DNA of 64,000 nucleotides from Clostridiales bacterium (GTDB lineage Bacteria; Bacillota; Clostridia; Acetivibrionales; RGIG10202): NCBI GenBank assembly GCA_017961515.1, contig JAGCXC010000094.1, positions 9,222 to 73,221 of the forward strand, read 5' to 3'. Shown piece by piece: positions 61,371 to 64,000 of this stretch (position 1 is its first letter; each line of letters starts with the position of its first letter). The notes under the pieces were generated by a model. It saw only the letters and a program-made list of their open reading frames with translations, ran no database searches and was not told where the DNA came from. The position numbers and the translations under genes were made by a program.

Positions 61371-61417
61371 AAGAAAGAGGAATGTCTTTTAAGCATTCCT
61401 CTTTCTTATCTTTTTTT
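61371..61417. terminator. Strong hairpin downstream of the large 832-aa ORF; the T-tract is on the plus-strand side
   Basis: 14-bp perfect stem: AAGAAAGAGGAATG (61371-61384) pairs with CATTCCTCTTTCTT (61394-61407) across a 9-nt loop, followed by ATCTTTTTTT on the plus strand. Confidence 0.55.
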
Positions 61418-61469
61418 ACATCGTTCTTTAAACTATATATTGACTCTTATTTAAATTCATATCTTGATA

Positions 61470-63968
61470 TTATTTTACTTCCCACTTCACAATTTTTACG
61501 TAATCTTGATTTATTCTATCTATAACAGCATTATTATCATCTATGTCATAATCATTTAATCCAAAGAAGGTCCTAACATAATAATCCTCCTCTTTTAATT
61601 TATTTACTATGTCCATACCACTTCCATTATCAGCATATCTACTTATATTCACTTCTCCATATAAAGTTATATTCCCACTTGCAATTATTATTCCAGTAAA
61701 TTCTACTCCATCCTCAATAAATATATCACCTTCAACAAACACTATTCCTTGTGAATAATCCAATTTTTTTGTTACACTATTAGATTCTAAATATATATCC
61801 GAACCAGACTTATACATCCTGGTTATATTATTTTTACTATAATACAAATGCGCATCTAATTCATCATTTGTATGTAAATATACTCCACCTACCACATTGT
61901 TCTTTATTACATTAAACACACTATTACTTTTATTTAAATAATCTGTTAAATGCTTATCCACTGATGTTTGCACAATTTTTCTCCCTTCATATCCAAAATT
62001 CTTTGTCTCAAAAAACGTAGCCATAGTCTCTTGATATTTTTGTATGATGGAATACTGACTAAATGGATTTTCAGATTTTTTGTCAAACACATCAGCTGCT
62101 GATTCCGAATATCCCTCTCCATAATATGCATTTATTTCCTCTGTGTCTAATATATTATAAAAATCGCCTATTCCAGCTGCTATAATAACACCCTCTGCCC
62201 ATCCTTGTATCTTTTTATCCTTATCAGTCTTTATTCTAAGATTTCCAAAATTCATTGTACCCATTAATCCAAAATTATCTAATATTCTATCCTCAAAATA
62301 ACCTTTGAAGTGTTTGGCTCTATCATCCAATGTAAATAAATCATCTGTTTTATTCTCATACCCATTTATCATATTAATGGTTTCATTGTTGTATTCACTT
62401 GCTTCTTTAAAATGTGTATATTCTTTCGTTTTTGCATCCTTCTTAGTATCTCTAGTATAAACGTATTTATTTTTTTTACTCTTTATATATGCTTCTGATG
62501 ATAACTGGGATGTCTTTGCTCCAGATATACCTGTTACATACGCATTTCCATTTGAATCACGTATATTTGTTAAAACTGATGTTCCTCCTATGTATACCTT
62601 TCTACGCAACTCAACCACTGAGTTACCATTTATATTTAATGTACTAATTCTTTTCTCATTTGTTAAATCTGTTTTTCTTCCTGTCTCTTGCTGATCACTT
62701 GACATACTCTCGCTTAAATTATCTCCTCCTACAAACACGTATGAGCTGGATAAACCATAAAAATCTCCTTCTACCACAAGCTTAGCAAAACTCGAATCTA
62801 CTTGCAAATCATCTGTCACGTACAAATTTCCCTTCCCTAACAACTCATTCTTAGTCTTTTCCTCGCCTCCCATTAACGTAAACAAAGACCTCTCTTCGTC
62901 ATTTCCTGTATACCCCAGCCAAATATTCGAATAGTGTGAATCTTCAGACATTATAAATTGTCTTGCGTATGTATCTCCACATATTTGTATTAGTCTACTT
63001 CTATCTATATCCCTCGCAATATTTATATGTCCTAATGTTGACACATCTCCCTCTATTTTTACACTACCAGCGTTTATATTATCTTCTAGAGATCCCATAT
63101 GATTTTCCCATGTACTTCCATATATACTTCTCATGCTATCCTTCATCTTTTTAGAATAACCAAACAATATTCCTCCATATTCTGTCCAATCTGCACTCTT
63201 TTTCTCTCCTCCCCCTAATTCAGTAGGCACATAACCAAACGCTATAACATCCCCCAATATATTTATCTCCTTATCCTTTCCTAAGAACACTACATTTCTC
63301 TCAGATAATAGCGCCATCTGTCGTGAAAAAGCTGGCAATAAATCGTTTTTCTTATTCACTACCTTGTAATTTTGCAAATTGAAATCATCACTTCCATCAG
63401 ATATTTTAAACTCTACTGTAGTTGTTGTTTTATTCTGTAAATTTGTTTTTTCATCTCCCACTCCTCTTATATCATTCGTATACTCAAACTTAATATCTAT
63501 AACACATTTAACTATGTGGTTTTGGCTATCATAACCTGCACTACTTAATTTATAGTACATATCCTCTCCCTGTATTAGCTTTAGATAATAATACCCATCC
63601 TGTGGTGTTGATTGGTTGACCGAAAGATGCTTTAGCAAACTTTCACTATACACACTTTGCGCATATTGTGATGCATTAAACTTCTCCAGATAATTTTGTT
63701 TATACATCAAATTAAATTCATACTCATAGTCTTCCTCTGTCATCGCACCCGTCTTAGTTAAATATGCTTTACTTACGTCATCTTTCCATGCATCAAGTGT
63801 CGAACTTTTTTTTATTTCAGCCTCTGTCTCATCCCGAGCGTCCTCCTGAATCTTTTTTATCTCATTTTGTAACCTAACGGAAATCATGTTAACAATATAA
63901 TCTGTACCCCTATAAATTCTTCTATCTCCACTATAGCTACGGCTTAAACTTACGTTTGTATATGCCAT
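61470..63968 (-). CDS. Large hypothetical protein (at least 832 aa), probably extending beyond the right edge
   Basis: The frame stays open upstream of the ATG at 63968 to base 64000 (…LTYFSVLIID-MAYTNV), and this ATG has no RBS. The upstream residues are hydrophobic, so an N-terminal anchor may lie outside the window. The C-terminal region has a repetitive G-rich beta-strand-like motif (GIVFVEGDIFIEDGVEFTGIIIASGNITLYGEVNI). Confidence 0.7.
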   Translation of the reverse strand: MAYTNVSLSRSYSGDRRIYRGTDYIVNMISVRLQNEIKKIQEDARDETEAEIKKSSTLDAWKDDVSKAYLTKTGAMTEEDYEYEFNLMYKQNYLEKFNASQYAQSVYSESLLKHLSVNQSTPQDGYYYLKLIQGEDMYYKLSSAGYDSQNHIVKCVIDIKFEYTNDIRGVGDEKTNLQNKTTTTVEFKISDGSDDFNLQNYKVVNKKNDLLPAFSRQMALLSERNVVFLGKDKEINILGDVIAFGYVPTELGGGEKKSADWTEYGGILFGYSKKMKDSMRSIYGSTWENHMGSLEDNINAGSVKIEGDVSTLGHINIARDIDRSRLIQICGDTYARQFIMSEDSHYSNIWLGYTGNDEERSLFTLMGGEEKTKNELLGKGNLYVTDDLQVDSSFAKLVVEGDFYGLSSSYVFVGGDNLSESMSSDQQETGRKTDLTNEKRISTLNINGNSVVELRRKVYIGGTSVLTNIRDSNGNAYVTGISGAKTSQLSSEAYIKSKKNKYVYTRDTKKDAKTKEYTHFKEASEYNNETINMINGYENKTDDLFTLDDRAKHFKGYFEDRILDNFGLMGTMNFGNLRIKTDKDKKIQGWAEGVIIAAGIGDFYNILDTEEINAYYGEGYSESAADVFDKKSENPFSQYSIIQKYQETMATFFETKNFGYEGRKIVQTSVDKHLTDYLNKSNSVFNVIKNNVVGGVYLHTNDELDAHLYYSKNNITRMYKSGSDIYLESNSVTKKLDYSQGIVFVEGDIFIEDGVEFTGIIIASGNITLYGEVNISRYADNGSGMDIVNKLKEEDYYVRTFFGLNDYDIDDNNAVIDRINQDYVKIVKWEVK

Positions 63969-64000
63969 ATCTATTATTAATACGCTAAAATAAGTTAAAA

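Noticed and set aside
61946-62131. 61-aa minus-strand ORF nested in the 832-aa gene
   Set aside because: It is an out-of-frame overlap inside a much longer ORF on the same strand, with no independent signal.

Overview
AT-rich chromosomal segment of a low-GC, endospore-forming Firmicute (Clostridia-like). The spore call rests on a gerA-type germinant receptor operon, a DUF881 pair and a DacB-like PBP. About 55 genes are present, and nearly all lie on the minus strand. The only plus-strand genes are an orphan gene at 9798, pta-ackA and a Xer-type recombinase.

Core blocks:
- rpmG-secE-nusG-rplK-rplA-rplJ-rplL
- mltG / O-methyltransferase / U32 peptidase, plus typA
- DUF881 x2, D,D-carboxypeptidase, pdp, ftsY, smc
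- divergent pta-ackA
- addA and lepB
- gerAA/AB/AC
- tRNA-Gln, PIN-PhoH, GT4, rnj, mtaD, an acidic protein, a histidine phosphatase, valS, folA and an HPr-like gene

Nine clear ankyrin-repeat (ANK) genes are scattered through this backbone. By ORF length they make up about one fifth of the window.

The most unusual region is a 9 kb accessory block at 16.5-25.6 kb between typA and the DUF881 genes. It holds six tandem ANK paralogs. Five of them end in the same ~115-125 aa non-ANK C-terminal module, which I cannot assign to any family I know.

Other points worth a second look:
- near-identical 99-bp repeat units inside the largest paralog
- an ANK-recombinase-ANK arrangement, with an internal module duplication in the 787-aa gene
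- an orphan plus-strand gene with a consensus promoter and a Y..FF..NC.T motif
- a hairpin-dense 0.2 kb intergenic region after rplL, where rpoB/rpoC would normally follow
- a perfect 25-bp palindrome abutting the pta promoter
- addA without addB
- valS without room for a T-box leader

I found no CRISPR array, rRNA, transposase, phage genes or recognisable defence system. Three genes missing from the ORF track were added by hand: rpmG, a 56-aa membrane protein, and a partial secreted protein at the left edge.
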